Of a stretch of 64,000 nt of DNA, positions 24,854 to 38,530 are shown one piece after another. The stretch lies in contig JAVECO010000028.1 in NCBI GenBank assembly GCA_051942205.1, positions 1 through 64,000 on the forward strand. The letters run 5' to 3'. Position 1 is the first letter of the stretch, and each line of letters begins with the position of its first letter. The translations under genes and the position numbers were made by a program. The DNA comes from Coniocarpon cinnabarinum (lineage: Eukaryota). The notes below the pieces were generated by a model. That model was not told the DNA's origin. It saw only the letters and a list, made by a program, of their open reading frames with translations, and searched no databases.

Positions 24854-26747
24854 TTACTCATCGACACGGCGGAATGCCGCCTCTATCTCGTCACGGTACC
24901 TTTCAACAGTCCTCGCTCGTGAGACTGTGCCTTTTCCTGTCTTCTCAAACGGCTTCTTAGGACTGGCAATAATGATCCGCTCCTTTGAGAATTTGGCAAT
25001 GTCTGATATGTCCTCATTGACATTTTGAACATCTTGCCATACTTCGTCAGACAGTGCTGCATCATTCGATCCAGATTCCGCCGTCTGGTCGCGCAGACTC
25101 ACTATGGCGAATGGCTTTAGCCTCCCAGAGCCGCCAACCACAGCCGCATCAATGCGTCCGCTTCCCAATAGCTGTTCTTCAATTCTCGCAGCGTTGACGC
25201 CATATCCACTGGAAAGCTTGAAGAGGTCATCAGCTCGGCCAGCAAATTTCCACAGACCTTCTTTGGTGGGATGTCGGGCATAGAGATCCTTGGTCCGATA
25301 TGTAAGTGCATCTGGATATACTTTGAATATTTGTTGCCACCTCTCGTACTCTGATTGGCGATGAAACACCATCTCGTACAAGTCAATGTCGTTCGAGAAA
25401 CGTTCGAAGACTATGCCGTTTTCGCGTGAAAAGCGCATATATTCCCACTCGCTGCGGTCGTCTCGTTCCTCACGGAGATATCCGCCAGCTTCAGTTGTTC
25501 CAATCGCCGCATACGTGTAAACTTGTTGGGCAAGTTTATCACCCAATGCTCCGCGGAGGGGCGCACCGCAAAATTGCAACTGCTTCAACTTCGGGCCCCA
25601 CCGTCAACTCGACGATTCTTCGCTCTTCTGTGAATAGGTTCGCTATTTACTTACCTTGAGTAACTGCTGTGTACCATGTTCGGTCTGAGCCAATCCTTCG
25701 ATGAGTGCAGGTTGAAGAACCGCACCCATGGCACCTGCGTACTCGATACTATCGCCAGTGACTGTTGGGTTTGGAGGACCGGGCGGTGGGAGAATGAACA
25801 CATTACCTAGGAAAGCTGGCCATTGTAGGGCGATTGTGACTCCCACAAACTGGTACAGGTTGTCAGTGCGTATCCTTCAGGGCAGACCAAAAATCAGTGT
25901 ACATGAAACATGGGAACTCCAGTGAACCATTTGCCGGTGCAGCATTTGTGTATTGCTTGGCCACCTCTCTGCTCGTGAATCAAAAGCGCTGCGTCCATGG
26001 ACGTCATCATGAAATTTGTGTAGGTAATGGGCTTGGGAAGTCCTTGGATCTAGTCAATACTCACTCAAAGCAGGCATACACAAAACACTTACCCGTCGTT
26101 CCCGAGCTGTGGAAGATGAGCTGCAACACGTCAGTAATGCTCTCATGCCAAAACACAGCCGCCCTGAAAGACGCACGCATGGATCTGACTCCGCCTCATC
26201 CCACGACTGAATGTACGGGAAGGGCTGCACCGGACCGCCAGCGAGCCAAGCATCCAGCTCCGGTACCACAACATCACGCATCCCCAACGCGGACGTGTCG
26301 ACTAATGGACAGGCACTTTGCGCGTGCAAAAAAGCTTTGCAACCAGTGGTATTGACGAGGTGTTCTTGAGCGTCTTTCGACAACATTGGTGATGGCAACA
26401 ACATCTGTACCATTATCAATCGACGCCGTTCCAGCTTGGATTTCTGGTCTTCGTACCTTTCGCCGGCCTTTGGTGGCAGCCATCACTAGCAAAAGAATTC
26501 GTGTGTCATTTGGGCCTAGATATGCAAATACCTCGAAAGGCTCTTTGGGCTCTGGCAGCACGTCTTGCAGCCACCAAGAAGCTCGATCGATAGCATCAGC
26601 CAGCTCACGAAAAGTTACCTCTCGGAACCCCTTAGACAAATGCGCATCGTCGTGAGGCTTAACAGCCCATACACGACTGGTATCATCGCGAGCGATTGCA
26701 TCTATTGTCGGTCCGAGAAGCCGCTGGCCTCTAACGCCTATTGACAT
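24854..26747 (-). CDS. Stand-alone adenylate-forming enzyme (NRPS-like A domain only), about 6 exons
   Basis: TFRELADAIDRASWWL, LIFHSSGTT|GLPKP (28-nt exon 26093-26120), GVPMFH, GTTEAG, YRTKDLY, GRADD, KTGKGTV; stops directly after the A domain. Confidence 0.88.
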
Positions 26748-27490
26748 GATGGTGTTCACGCAGGCCTTATAGGGAAATTTGTTCTTGCAGCTACTACGAC
26801 AACGAACAGAAGAAAAAGAAGAAGAGAAAAGATTATACGGGACAAGCCTGGCAATTCAAGGATCTGTGAGTCATTTTCCGTCTGAAGTCATGTTCCTACG
26901 CCGCAAAGGGCCGGATCAAGCACCTGGATGGAGCACAAGTGATTATGCTCAGCCGAGGGCACTGGACAGCTTCAAGCCGCGTTGGGTAACGATGCGTTTA
27001 ACTCTGCTTCCAGGTGGCACACGCTGCTAAGCTTTGACCACGTGCAGTTTTGACTAGCTGCTGATCCATTAATGGAGCACCCAAAAACTGCCTGACTGCG
27101 TCGGATAAAATAACATGATCTTCAAACGGCTGGTCAGTATATCCTTCAGGAGCCATGAGTGTAAGCACGATGGAGCTCCCTACCTAAACACCACTAAAGT
27201 TTTCGCCGCGGCTCTTCGGAGCGTCGGATTCGGAACTTCGCATCATCGAAGCTAACGCTAAGGGGCCATTGGTGGGTTGGGGTCCACTGCGATTACTTAT
27301 TTTCATATGGCGCGATTGCCTCGATCTGTTGGGGACGAAAGAGACTATGAAAATGCTGAGGTCCACCACAACTACGCCCTCGTTTGAGCCGTCCCATTCA
27401 GTCATTTGTCACCTAGCATTCGATATAGTACTATTGCATCCGCAGGTTTCGGCTTGAGCTCCATGGTTCACCTCTTAGGATTTGCTTAGT

Positions 27491-29232
27491 ATGGACGTCG
27501 AGGGAAAGGTAGGTGTGCAAAGCGGCTCACAGGACCAGCAAAAAGAACACGATGCCGCAGAGGCTGAAAATAGCCGCCCTGTATCAAAGCAGCCACGACA
27601 CATGGGCACCGCTTTATGGATCATTCTATGCTTGGCTTTGTTCTTGTCTGAGGCGCAATCCGCGCTCGACAACACCATCACTGCAAATCTGCAACCAACT
27701 ATCATTAGCAACTTTGGAGACATATCGAAACTCTCATGGGTCAATGTGACATACTCGCTGGCGAGTGGCAGTACTTGTCTCCTCTGGTATGATGCAATGC
27801 ATGTTCCTCGATGTGTACCGTTCAACTTAGACTAGGTTAGGGGTAAGCTTTACACGTTCTTCAACAGCAAAAAGGTCTTTCTAGCCGGGCGGTTGCTTTT
27901 CGCCGTTGGATCTACTTTGAGTGCCGCGGCGCCTACCATGAACGCCTTCATCGTTGGAAGGGCCATCACTGGTTGTGGTGGTAGTCTCACCTATATTGGG
28001 ATCATCGTCATCGTAAGCGCACTTACTACATCTGAGGAGCAAGCACGCTATTTTGGGTATATCGGAAGTGCCTGGGGTTTTGGAACGATGTGAGTTTTCC
28101 TGGCAGATATTCAAAGCCCAATAGATATTGATCATCTGATAGCATCGGACCGCTCATTGGTGGTGCGTTTGCCTCGTCTGTGGGTTGGCGATGGAGCTTT
28201 TACTTTGACTTAATTCTGGCTAGTCTCACCTTACCTATATTCATATTCGTGTTACCTTCATCGCCGAAGGGTGACTCTTCCTCGAGTTTACTCCACCGTA
28301 TCAAACGTCTCGACCTTGTGGGCTTTGCTTTGTTCGCTGGCTCTGTGTGCACTGGTATAATGGGCCTGTCCTTCGGCGGCGCAACCTTCTCATGGTCCAG
28401 CGGACAGGTGATTGGCCTGCTCAGCTGCTCCGGCGCTCTCTGGATCTTCTTCGCATTACAACAGGGCACAGCCATCTTCACAACCCGCTCAGACCGCTTG
28501 GTTCCTGCTCATATCCTCCTATCTTTGAAGATGTGGAACCTCATCCTAAGCACTGCATGCTCTATTGGTATCATATTCGTCTCTGTTTACTATGCACCAT
28601 TGTACTTTCAGTTTGTCCGTGGCGAGAGTGCTATTAGGTCTGCACTCGATGTACTCCCATATCTGGCGACCACCATCGCAGCTATGCTGATATCAGGCCG
28701 TTACATTGGTGCATTCAAGCACTTTAAAATCTGGTTCATCGCTGGCAATGCGCTTGCACTGGCTATGTCAATCTGCCTATACAATACAACACTCGATACA
28801 TCTCACGCTCAAGTATACGGATACCTCGTTCTCGGCGGTACAGGTGGCGGGCTATGTGCAATGAACGCCGGACCTATTATGGCCATGGTTGTGCCAACCG
28901 AGGAGAGCGCCAACGCCACTACGATATTCGGCTGCGTAGATATGATCTGCGGAGCAGTATCGCTGGCAGTGGCCAACGCCATCTTCTTGAACCGCGCAAC
29001 GAATGGGATCATGAAGGTGCTTCCTGGAATCGATCGAGCGGTGGTGCAGAGTGCCATTGCAGGATCAGGCGCCTCATTGACTGCGCAACTTCCCCGCGAG
29101 CTGCAGCAGGCGGTGCTGAACGCTGTGTTGGATAGTATCAAAGATGTGTGGATTCAATTGATCGCGACTGCCGTGGTATCACTGATTTTAGCCTTCTTCA
29201 TGAGGCATGGATGGCTTGCAAAGAAACCTTGA
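27491..29232 (+). CDS. MFS drug:H+ antiporter, 14-TM DHA2 type (3 exons)
   Basis: ALDNTITANLQP, AAPTMNAFIVGRAITGCGG, GPLIGGAF, GWRWSFY, YYAPLYFQFVRGESA. Confidence 0.92.
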
Positions 29233-29267
29233 CGACCAAGGATTGCGTCACTACCGTTCTCAGATCC

Positions 29268-29690
29268 TATGGCATCCTCATCTTAGTCGCCGAGAGTCGG
29301 GCGTTAACATAGCGAGCCCAGTCAATGGCTTTCATATCATCCGCATACTCTTCACTTGTTTTCACAGAGTTTTGCTCTAAAATCGTTTCCCCAGCATCAT
29401 GCTCGGACTACATCGCTTCTGGGCTTTGCTCGCTGTTTGAACACATGCGGCATGCGGCTCCTTGCGTGCACAACAAACTCATCGAAAACTGCGGAGTGGT
29501 GTTCTTTCATAGGTGCATCCTTGCTCTTGCTCGAGTAAGGATTCATGAAGATGGTGGTGAAGTTGCGCCAAAGCTCCTCGTGGTGCACGCGATACACGCC
29601 GACAGCATCCATGTGCTTCTGGAAGCCATTGTAGAATGTTCCCTCTCGATTGGTCCCACTCGAGTGAGTTGAATTTCCCTGCGCAGAGTT
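29268..29690 (-). pseudogene. Possible decayed coding fragment of unknown family
   Basis: Two consecutive protein-like segments in different frames (GVYRVHHEELWRNFTTIFMNPY...; ETILEQNSVKTSEEYADDMKAIDW) with no clear start. Confidence 0.25.
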
Positions 29691-30712
29691 CATTGTCACT
29701 GCAATTGAGAGAGGTTCGTTCTTGAGATAAAGGATTGGTGTTTGATATTTCGGAGACCGGCTGTACTTGCAGAATAAGTATCAAACTCAAGGCTGACATG
29801 TGGTGGAATAAACATTAAAGGACGGTACTTGCAACTCAACCGATGCTGACCATGGAAATTCGCTTACTGATCTCAATCAAGCACTACTGTATCATCTGCA
29901 GGACCAGATTGGACTCTATAAGAAATGACATGACCTAAATTCTCTGTTGTACCACATATCACGGAAGCGGACCGAAGCCCGCCTGGATAGGCGAATTTTG
30001 ATGGCCAATATAATTTTGACACTTCTCGCATATACTCACTCGACTCGGCGAAAGTATTTTCAGATCATGCCTGTTTGTACGCAGATCGCGAGAAGCTCAA
30101 TGCCGGGCGCCCTTCTACTGTGGTCATTGGCGCGGCTCAGTATACTCGACAGCCTATGCTAGCATCCTTACAACGGTCGATGGAACATTGTGCTTGGGAC
30201 TGTGGCGCCAGCCAACATACTGGCAACAAGAGAGAATCTGAGAGAGAATCGAGCCAAAAGATAGAAATCCTCACACGCTCTTCACCCAGCCATTGCATCT
30301 TCCTTGATGCCTGAACTTCAAGGCAGCGAACCGTTTGTTATAAAGTTATCCCCTTACCCTCAATCCGCCCACACCGCTTCTCTTCTGACAGTCGTTTTTG
30401 TTCATAACGTATGAAGAGCCTCACAATTTTCTAATTTGTTATCCTTTGTAATGCGGGAGGATGTGGCTGCCGAACTGCTCGCGGAGGAAAGATGAGTATG
30501 CATCCACGCAAGTGCAGATCCGCCACAACGCGACACCCGTAGACATGAACCTCAGCCGTAGTTTCAGAATCCTCAATGTTTCAGCCTCCTCCATGGATAA
30601 GAGTATGCCATCGAAACAAGCCTAGTCCTTTGTCCTTCCCTTCTGCCCCGTGTAGGCCATTTCTTTTCTTTTCTCTCTGCTTGTTCCTCAGTGTACATGT
30701 GCACCTCTAGCG

Positions 30713-31703
30713 ATGCTGACCCGCGTTCTCCTGTTTCTTTCCTGTATCATCTTCAGTGAAGCAGCGGCAGAGCCGCTACGCAGCAGCACTGGCTACGAGG
30801 GCTACACGTCCAGCGCATACACCCTCTTTCCTCGGAATTGCACGGCGCCTGATTGCCCGGCGTCGAATATCACGCGGGGACAAGCGACGGAGTTGAGTGC
30901 GGTCTTTCCTTGGATCGGGAAATGGACGCAGACGTTCTGGCTGCTGGACGCTGGTGCGCCGGAGAATGCACCGTTCGGGATACAAGTCGCTGCGCATGAT
31001 AACAGTAATGACACCCTCTTTTCGAATGAAACGGCATGTCTTTGGAACTCAGAAACTGACTTATATGAAGTCACGATTGACGTCCCGGTAGCTGGCGAGC
31101 CATACGTATGTGCTTCATGCTCGTTGTTGACCCCGCTAAAAGACACAGAACTGGACATGGAACGTATCCATTGGCAATGCCACACTGCCACCCCTCGTGA
31201 AAGGCATGCTCGAACTCTCCTATCCAGACTGCTGCGTCGACTACGGCACCGCTCCCAATCAAATGGGGCGTAACTACTTCACCTCCTGCGCCGTAAACAT
31301 CATCACCAATCAATCCACCAACCCACCATTCCCCCAGCATTCCCCAAACCTAACCTACACCTCCAACCTCCTCCAACCTCCTCAACGTCTCGGTTTCACC
31401 CTCGCAGACAAAGCGGGCTTCGGCATCAGCATCGCCCTCATCCTCCCCCTCATCTCAATCCTCCTCGCAACGTGGCACATCCGCTACCACGACCAGCGAG
31501 CCCAACGCTCGCTCCTCACAGCGCCCAAGTACACGCTCTTCCGCGGACGGCGAATGCGGCGGAGCCAAGTGGCGCAGGCGTCCATCCATCGACCGTCGAT
31601 CTCACCACAGGATCTGGCGGAGGCACGGGTTTTGGACGAAGCGCCGGCGTCGCAGGGTGGTGTGTTTGAGCTGCCGGAGTCGGTGATGAGATGCGGTGCT
31701 TGA
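30713..31703 (+). CDS. Type I membrane glycoprotein of unknown function (2 exons)
   Basis: Signal peptide, several N-x-S/T sites and Cys, GTATGT intron near 31106-31149, TM after DKAGFGISIALIL, cytosolic VFELP motif. Confidence 0.7.
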
Positions 31704-33030
31704 TCGTGGATGAGGGCCCGTCATTGATGGCAGAGGTAATCGTCCTGCTGGCAGAGATAAGTTCATTTCATGCTTCGACCTTGCCTTTTTTCCTTCTTCT
31801 CATTTCTGGACTGCTGTTTTCAAAAGTATACTCATACTTCAGCCTCGGCGCGGGAGTCTCTTCTCAGTTCGGTCAGGAGGCATCAATTAGAAGTCCAAAG
31901 CCGTAGACTCGCATATTGTTGGACATTGCGACCAGGACAATCTGAATCGCAGTCAACGCAGGATACAGAATGTGCCATTGTTTGACCGTCCAGCGCCCTT
32001 GAGAAGTGCACCCGATCAGACACGCTGAGATATCTTTCCCAGACCCATCTTGTTCCGAGCTGATCAGGCCGTTGATTGCCCCAACTCTAACAGATCTCTC
32101 ATTCATCATAGGAAGCTGTCCAGCTTGCGTGCTGTAGAGTATAAGTCTTAACGGTAGCAAGCATTCACACTCACACACTAGACCTCGGAATGTAGAAACG
32201 CTTTCGATTGGCGCAAGTGAGGCAGCTCATCTCGCTCGTTTGAGAATACATCCCATTATACCATCATTTATATATTACCCATCCCTCGCCTCGATCGAAA
32301 CGACACGCCATCCATCAATGAACGACCCATCACGACACATTCCAACTTGCGTTTCCCACAGGCCTTCATCGTCAAGCACAACCACTCACGTGGATTACTA
32401 TTCTCATACCGTGCTTTGACAAGTATGCCTTAAGTGACTCCTTCACCAGCACAAGTCCAGTTATCGCTTTCTATCCTACAATACATGTCAATACAAGTCA
32501 ATGTTGTTTATCATCGAGGGTCCAGCAAGAGGGCTCAGTATTGTGCTTCGATCTGCATTCTGTTCACAGACATAGACGTGTACAGGACACGTCAATCTTC
32601 TAAGAGAGCTTGCTCAAGTGAGGCATTCATACTGTTGATGCTTTGGATGATGGAAGACATGTTGGAGATGAAGTCAGGTGCCATTGTGCTGAGATCAGGC
32701 CTCGTCGTTGTGGTCAGCTCGACAGAGAGAGCGACCTGGAGCATTTGGCTGTTCCAAGTGAGTTCACTCATGAGCTGGTGGGAGACTCGAAGGCATCAGG
32801 TATTTAACGTGATATCAGCTACAGAAACCACCACGGGAGCGTATGTACGCTAAACATAGGCCATGAGGAAGAATAAGGGTCATCATTAGAGAAGTGATCG
32901 GTCATGCCATAATGTAGTACCTCCAGCCTCTGTCTCTGTCCAAGCAAGCTCCAGATCCAAGGCTCTCATTACACGTCTCACATCCCCACGTCAATCCATC
33001 ACCCGCATCAGCTTCACATCAGCAAGCCAA

Positions 33031-35061
33031 CTACAAGCTCGCAATCCCCCCAACATACCCAGCATCACCTATAGCCTCCGCACGCGCAAACGCCGCCGTC
33101 AAAAGACTGGCATAACTCCACGTCAGATCCGCCGCTCCCTCGGGCGCACCCGTGCCTCGATTGAACTCCTCAGGCGTGTGACCGCCCTCAGGGACGTAGT
33201 TCTTGTACGTCCGCAGGAACGCATCGCCCCATCCCTGCAGCGCCGCGAGCATACCTTCATACTCTGCTGAGCCATCCGCATACGTGCCCGTCGCTGGCGC
33301 CACGCCCGCCGCGAAGTAGTCCCAGAAGGGTTTACTGGTGTCCGAGACGGCGATGGCGCCAGTTGCATTGAAGGCGGTGGAGGCGCGGTAGAACACCTCG
33401 GCGAAGGCAGCGGTGCACAGAAACCAGGGGTTGCCCTGGTTGCCGGATTCGACGCCGTTGTAGGTGTCTTCTGGGTATCGACCGATGTCCATGGCGAGGG
33501 TGAGACCAGCGGCGTCCGTCTCCGTGGCGGAAAGGGCGTAGATCTCCTTGAAGCGCGTGGCCTGTCGTACCGCAGTGGCGAGGAGGTAGTCGTTTGTGTA
33601 GCTGTAGACGCCGTCGCCGGCGTAGCCGTGGATCACGCCCAGTAACACGGCGGAGTCAATGTACGAGTACTTACCGCCGGCAACGGGGCCATATTCGTAG
33701 AGGATGATACCACGTACGGGGTCCCAGAAGTCTTGCAGGAGGGACTCGATCTCGGTTGCGGCGGCGGACAAGGTGGATGCGGTCGCAGAATCGCCGAGAC
33801 GCGTGGCAAATGCCGAGCCCAGGACCATGGCACGGTGTTGCACCATTTTCGTGTAAAAGTGATTCGCTTGCTCCTCTTCCCAAAGATCGAAGGAGATGGA
33901 GGAGTAGTTGTTGGCGACGAAGAGGAGGTCCTTCTTCACAGGTGCGCCGGCGGGGTTCGCGTCCGAGTCGTAGAGATTGTTCATGACCTGGGACATGTCG
34001 CCACCGGCGTCGAGGTACTCATTTGCGAAATCAATGAGCGTGATGGCGGATGTGGCGGCGCCATCATTTTGTGGACGACCCCAAGGTCCAGTGAACAAGG
34101 AGTTATCCAGGTTGAATTTCGGCTCGCCCAAGCCGGTCTGCTGGTTAGGTACGGTCTGCTCAGAGGCACGAGCGCCCGCATAGCGGAACAGCAGATCGGA
34201 GAAGTTGGTCTGTTGAGCACCTGTTGCAGACGCGTGGAGAGTTTGCACGACGTCGAAAGTGAGAGAAGAATCGCGGACCCAGTTGTATGCATACTGGCAG
34301 CTTTGTTAGCAGCGCCGAGGATGATTGTCAGGAAAAGACTCACGTCGGGTGCTGAGTAACTCTGTGCGGCAATGACGGTGCCATTGGCAGCATTTGGCAC
34401 TTCAATGTTCGTAAACATGTACGAGAGCGCGTTGGCAGCTTGAGACCCCGTCGAAGCAGCCAACCAGTCAGTGATGTCTTGTGAGAAGCCCGTCGGACTC
34501 GCATAGGGCGCGGGGATGGTGCTCGTAGTCGGAGTTGGGCCGCTCGCCGTCACCGTCTGACCTAATTGCTGATCGTAGGTTTGCCCGATATCAGTTGCTT
34601 GGTAGGTGATGTTGGTCAAATGCGTGACGCCGTCCAGGTACGCATATGGGTCGCCTGCAAACCACAACTCCCAATTGGTGTCTGGTACGCTTGACGCATA
34701 GCCCAAACCCAGCACGGTGAGCGCCGAGTTGACATCATTGGCATCTGTATAATACAGCTGCACGATCTTGTCGTAGTTGACGTTCTATCTCGAGTCTTAG
34801 CCTGTGTTGCCGAGCCGTACGCCTCAGACCTGGCTTCTTACCTCGATATATGCCGACACATTCAATGATCCGCCTGCAGAACCTTAGCATTGATCTTCAC
34901 GGAGTGAAAAGCCACATCGACGTACCACAGTACGAAAAAGACTGGACCGCAACGCCTGTCCCATCGGCGGGAACCGTGGTCGTGAGATTGGTAGTGTCAC
35001 ACGCTTGACTCGCAGCGTATCCCAACGTGCTGAGAAGAGCTAGCTGGCGTAGCACGCCCAT
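33031..35061 (-). CDS. Glucoamylase GH15 with N-terminal CBM21-like starch-binding module (4 exons)
   Basis: Signal peptide; AYIE|NVNYDKIVQLYY...WELW; T/P linker; PD|YAYNWVRD, LGEPKFN, WGRPQNDG, FDLWEE, GRYPEDTY, EEFNR, LTWSYAS; no C-terminal CBM20. Confidence 0.92.
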
Positions 35062-36519
35062 CAGTGGCGACGACTCGGTGATGAAACGCATATTGCAGGT
35101 ATGAGCGTGGTTCTTCCCCAACAGATCTCAAGGAACGCTGGAGGAGCAAGCTGGGAACATACTAGCATTTAAAATACCAGGATGATGTTGGCGATGAACC
35201 TCATAGCACGTGAAAGGTTCCCAGACAAGCCAATGTCAAGGTACCATCGGCACCTTAGCGCTGCGGGTGGGACATTCGGTGAGAGCGGCGAAGAGCCGAA
35301 AGCCAATGAGTGACGGGTGGAGGGCTGATACGATTCCGTCATGATGCTGCTCGAGCAGGTGCAAGCGACATGTTTGCGCTTCCATGCGGTGGCGCACGGC
35401 TGTTCAAGGAAGGCACGGTCATGTGCGTGTGCCCTGGCTGGGGCGAGTGTGTGCGATGAGCAGAGGCGTGCGTCTTGAGGCTAGGGATAGGACGAGACGG
35501 AGAGGGCACAGGTGGGGCAGACCCGATGGAGAGTCCTGTGGGGAGATTCTGGGGAAAGAGAGCTGGTCCACTGCGCGGTTAGTCAGGTACTCCATACCGT
35601 ACAGAGGCACATTGGCACACAGACACAGTAGTCAATACTCACAGAGGCGCAGAGACGATCTGCAAGGGGCGTGCCATGAGCCATTGTTTCTCTGCCACTT
35701 GCCGATGTCGCTCGGCTGTTGTCTTGGTTTGGGCCTAGCCTCCCAGCTACATTCCTTCTTGGGCAGATCAATCTTTCAATCTGTTTTTCAGTCTTTTCCT
35801 AGACAAAGAACGACGGTCTCTCGCACCTCAGGCTGCTGTCGTGAACGTTGACGAGACGTCAGCGTGCGCCAAGCGGTGCAGGGATCAGATTGGGCAAGAA
35901 GGTCAGCTGATCGGTCCGATACCTTGCACTGTGGGTCTCAGCATGTGGAATTGGTGAGAAGCACATGATAGTCTCCTGCAAGCGACGACAAAAGGCTCAT
36001 TCTCTTACGTTCATCATCGCGGCGGTTCGCTCAACATTGAACCCTGAGCTCGTGCTGGGCGGCTCCAAAACACACTGTCAGATCGTGCGACCCGCATGCA
36101 AACGGTTCCAAGTTTTCGTACATTTGAGCGGTTCGTTGATGCAAAGTATAGCGATCGTTATGGTGTATCTCCTCCGATCAGATGTTGATTCTGCGTTAAC
36201 CTTTCCCAGAGCTGCAGATCACCGATGTCGCCAACGCCACCACGGCCTGCTTGAGCATGTGAAAACACTATGCACAAGCGTCACGCACGACAAGGATCGC
36301 GTGGGCGTCCAGATCTCGTCACGGCGGCAGATAGTGCATCAGCAGTTGACGAGTGCTGTCAGCCACGCACGTCTACAAACTTTGTTTCACTTTTTCGGCG
36401 AGTATGCGAAGAATTGTGAAGTTAAACTTAGTAATGTACGACGTCCAAAAATTTGCCAGCCTCAGTTAAGTTATTTGGATCTCAACGGCTTCTCAATGTC
36501 ATCTCACTTTGACGGATGT

Positions 36520-38068
36520 TCAGAGCTGGCTTCTCTCCTCAAGTGCCTGCGGTGGCGGCTTCAAGTTTCGTCTTCCTTGAAACTTCTCTTTCTTCAACCT
36601 CTCAATCCGCTCTGGTGTCAGCCTGAAGGACCGCGGGAACCATGAGTCCAACGTCTTTTGTTCCTCGCCATTGCCCGTCATCATGGTGACGACCGCTTCG
36701 GCACACTTGAGACACATTACCATGCCGTGTCCATTGAAGCTCACACTTGCCCACAGATTCTCTTTACCAGGCACTTTGCCTACAAATGGCAGTCCATCCG
36801 CAGACGTGCCCATGATACCGGTCCATTCTTTGCGAATGCGGCCATGAGAGTCATCTTCGCCCCAATTCTCGCCAAAGTATCTCGCAGTGCAGTCATGGAG
36901 ATACTTTGACACCGCAGGATTCAAGACACTATCGTCTGTCTCTGCAAACTCAGAAGCCCCCTCGCCTGGCAAGGTAGCCCATCCGCCACCTATCAGAATG
37001 TCGCCGGTGTGCGCGGCTCCACTTGGCCGCGGGATCATGTATTCATAGCCGTTGGCATACGCGAAGGTATAAGTATGCGACAGCGGCTTCGGCATCTTGG
37101 ATCCAGGACGCTGGCTGGTGATTTGACCTCGCAAAGGCACAATGAGAGATTGGAAGACTGAGGGTAGTAGATGTGCGGTATAGCCATTTGTTGCAAGTAT
37201 CACCTGCTGCGCATGCACAGACTTAAGACCTGTTCGGACGGTCCATGTCGAGTCTTGTCTTTGCTCAAGTGAAGTCACTGGTATGTCGGTGTAGATCCTT
37301 AGACCTTTTTCTAACGCAACCCTGAGCACGCCAGTGGCGAACTTGTAGCTGTGGACGCTGCCAGCGTTGTATTCCACCGCGCCAAGGGCATCGGGACACA
37401 AGAAGCGTTGGCGTGCTTCCTCTTGCGTGTACAGAGTGTAGCGTTCGCAGTCGCCGCCCACTCGTTCGTTCATATACTTTGTTACTGAGACAGCACTTGC
37501 AAGCTGTTCAGGGTCGTAAATTATATCGATAGTTTTTGATGGGTTAATGTCGCAATCGATGCACTCGTTGCGCACGAGCTCGTGGGTGGCTTTGATATTG
37601 GCATATTCAAGCCTGGCAATTCGCGCGGCCTCATCAAACCCGAGAGATTCGTGTTCGTGAGGAAAATGACGATATGAGGCGCCCTAAGAACTTCTCAGTT
37701 AGACACATACGATGCGAGCACGACAACTACTGCATTTTGCGCCTGGGCAACAATCCCTGACCAGCATTTGAAAGTTTTAACTCTTCCTTTATACAGTTCA
37801 GACTGACCTTTGTATGTCCGCCATTCCGGCCAGTTGCACCACTGCACGCCCCGCGTGCTTCTAGCATTACTACTGTGGCATTTGGCTCTTTTTTGAGGAT
37901 ATTGTAAGCAATACATGCGCCGCTGATGCCGCTCCCAACAATCACACAGTGCGCTTCGCCTGTCCACTGTGGATATGATCGAATGCCTGGATCATGAGTA
38001 GCTTGCCAATACGATTCAGTAGGACCTGAAACTGGTAAAGAAACTGGTATCTTCGACCTTTCATCCAT
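36520..38068 (-). CDS. FAD-dependent oxidoreductase, DAO/PuuB-like family (2 exons)
   Basis: IVGSGISG, LEARGACSGATGRNGGHTK|, ATNGYT, WTGIMG.SADGLPFVG, FNGHGM. Confidence 0.92.
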
Positions 38069-38530
38069 AGCTGCAAGTCTCTGACACGATTTGTTCACCC
38101 TCTCACCGTAAATTTTATGTCTTGGAGTCAACTAGGCGTTGATGGCAAGTTTGCCGTTCGTGGAAAACGAGATGCAGCAATCGCACGAGAGGGAGCAACG
38201 GCGAGTCCCTGCTCATAGCTGCGCACGCGGGAGGGGCAAAGATCGTCAGGTACCGCAGTGTTATAAGAGCACAGACAACATGCAAGAGCTTTAGCTGCAA
38301 AGAAAATTGATGACGAGGCGTATAGCCGGGTATACTTCTATTACTACTCAATTTTGTCCTGTAATCACACATATGAAGACCAAGACGCCACAAACCTATC
38401 TCGATGCCGCGAATTATCTTGTCCGTGAAGCTGCGAAGCTAATGTTCAAGACCCATCCAAAATGAAATTCCCAAACTGTGTTTGTGCAAATCCTGTACAG
38501 CCATGGACACATCACGCGTGGACATTCCGT

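Noticed and set aside
32500..32780. Minus-strand coding-like fragment (MAPDFISNMSSIIQSINSMNASLEQALLED*)
   Set aside because: Too short and stop-laden to assign a family
35965..36645. 226-aa plus-strand ORF
   Set aside because: No recognisable motifs, atypical composition, overlaps the oxidoreductase 3' end antisense
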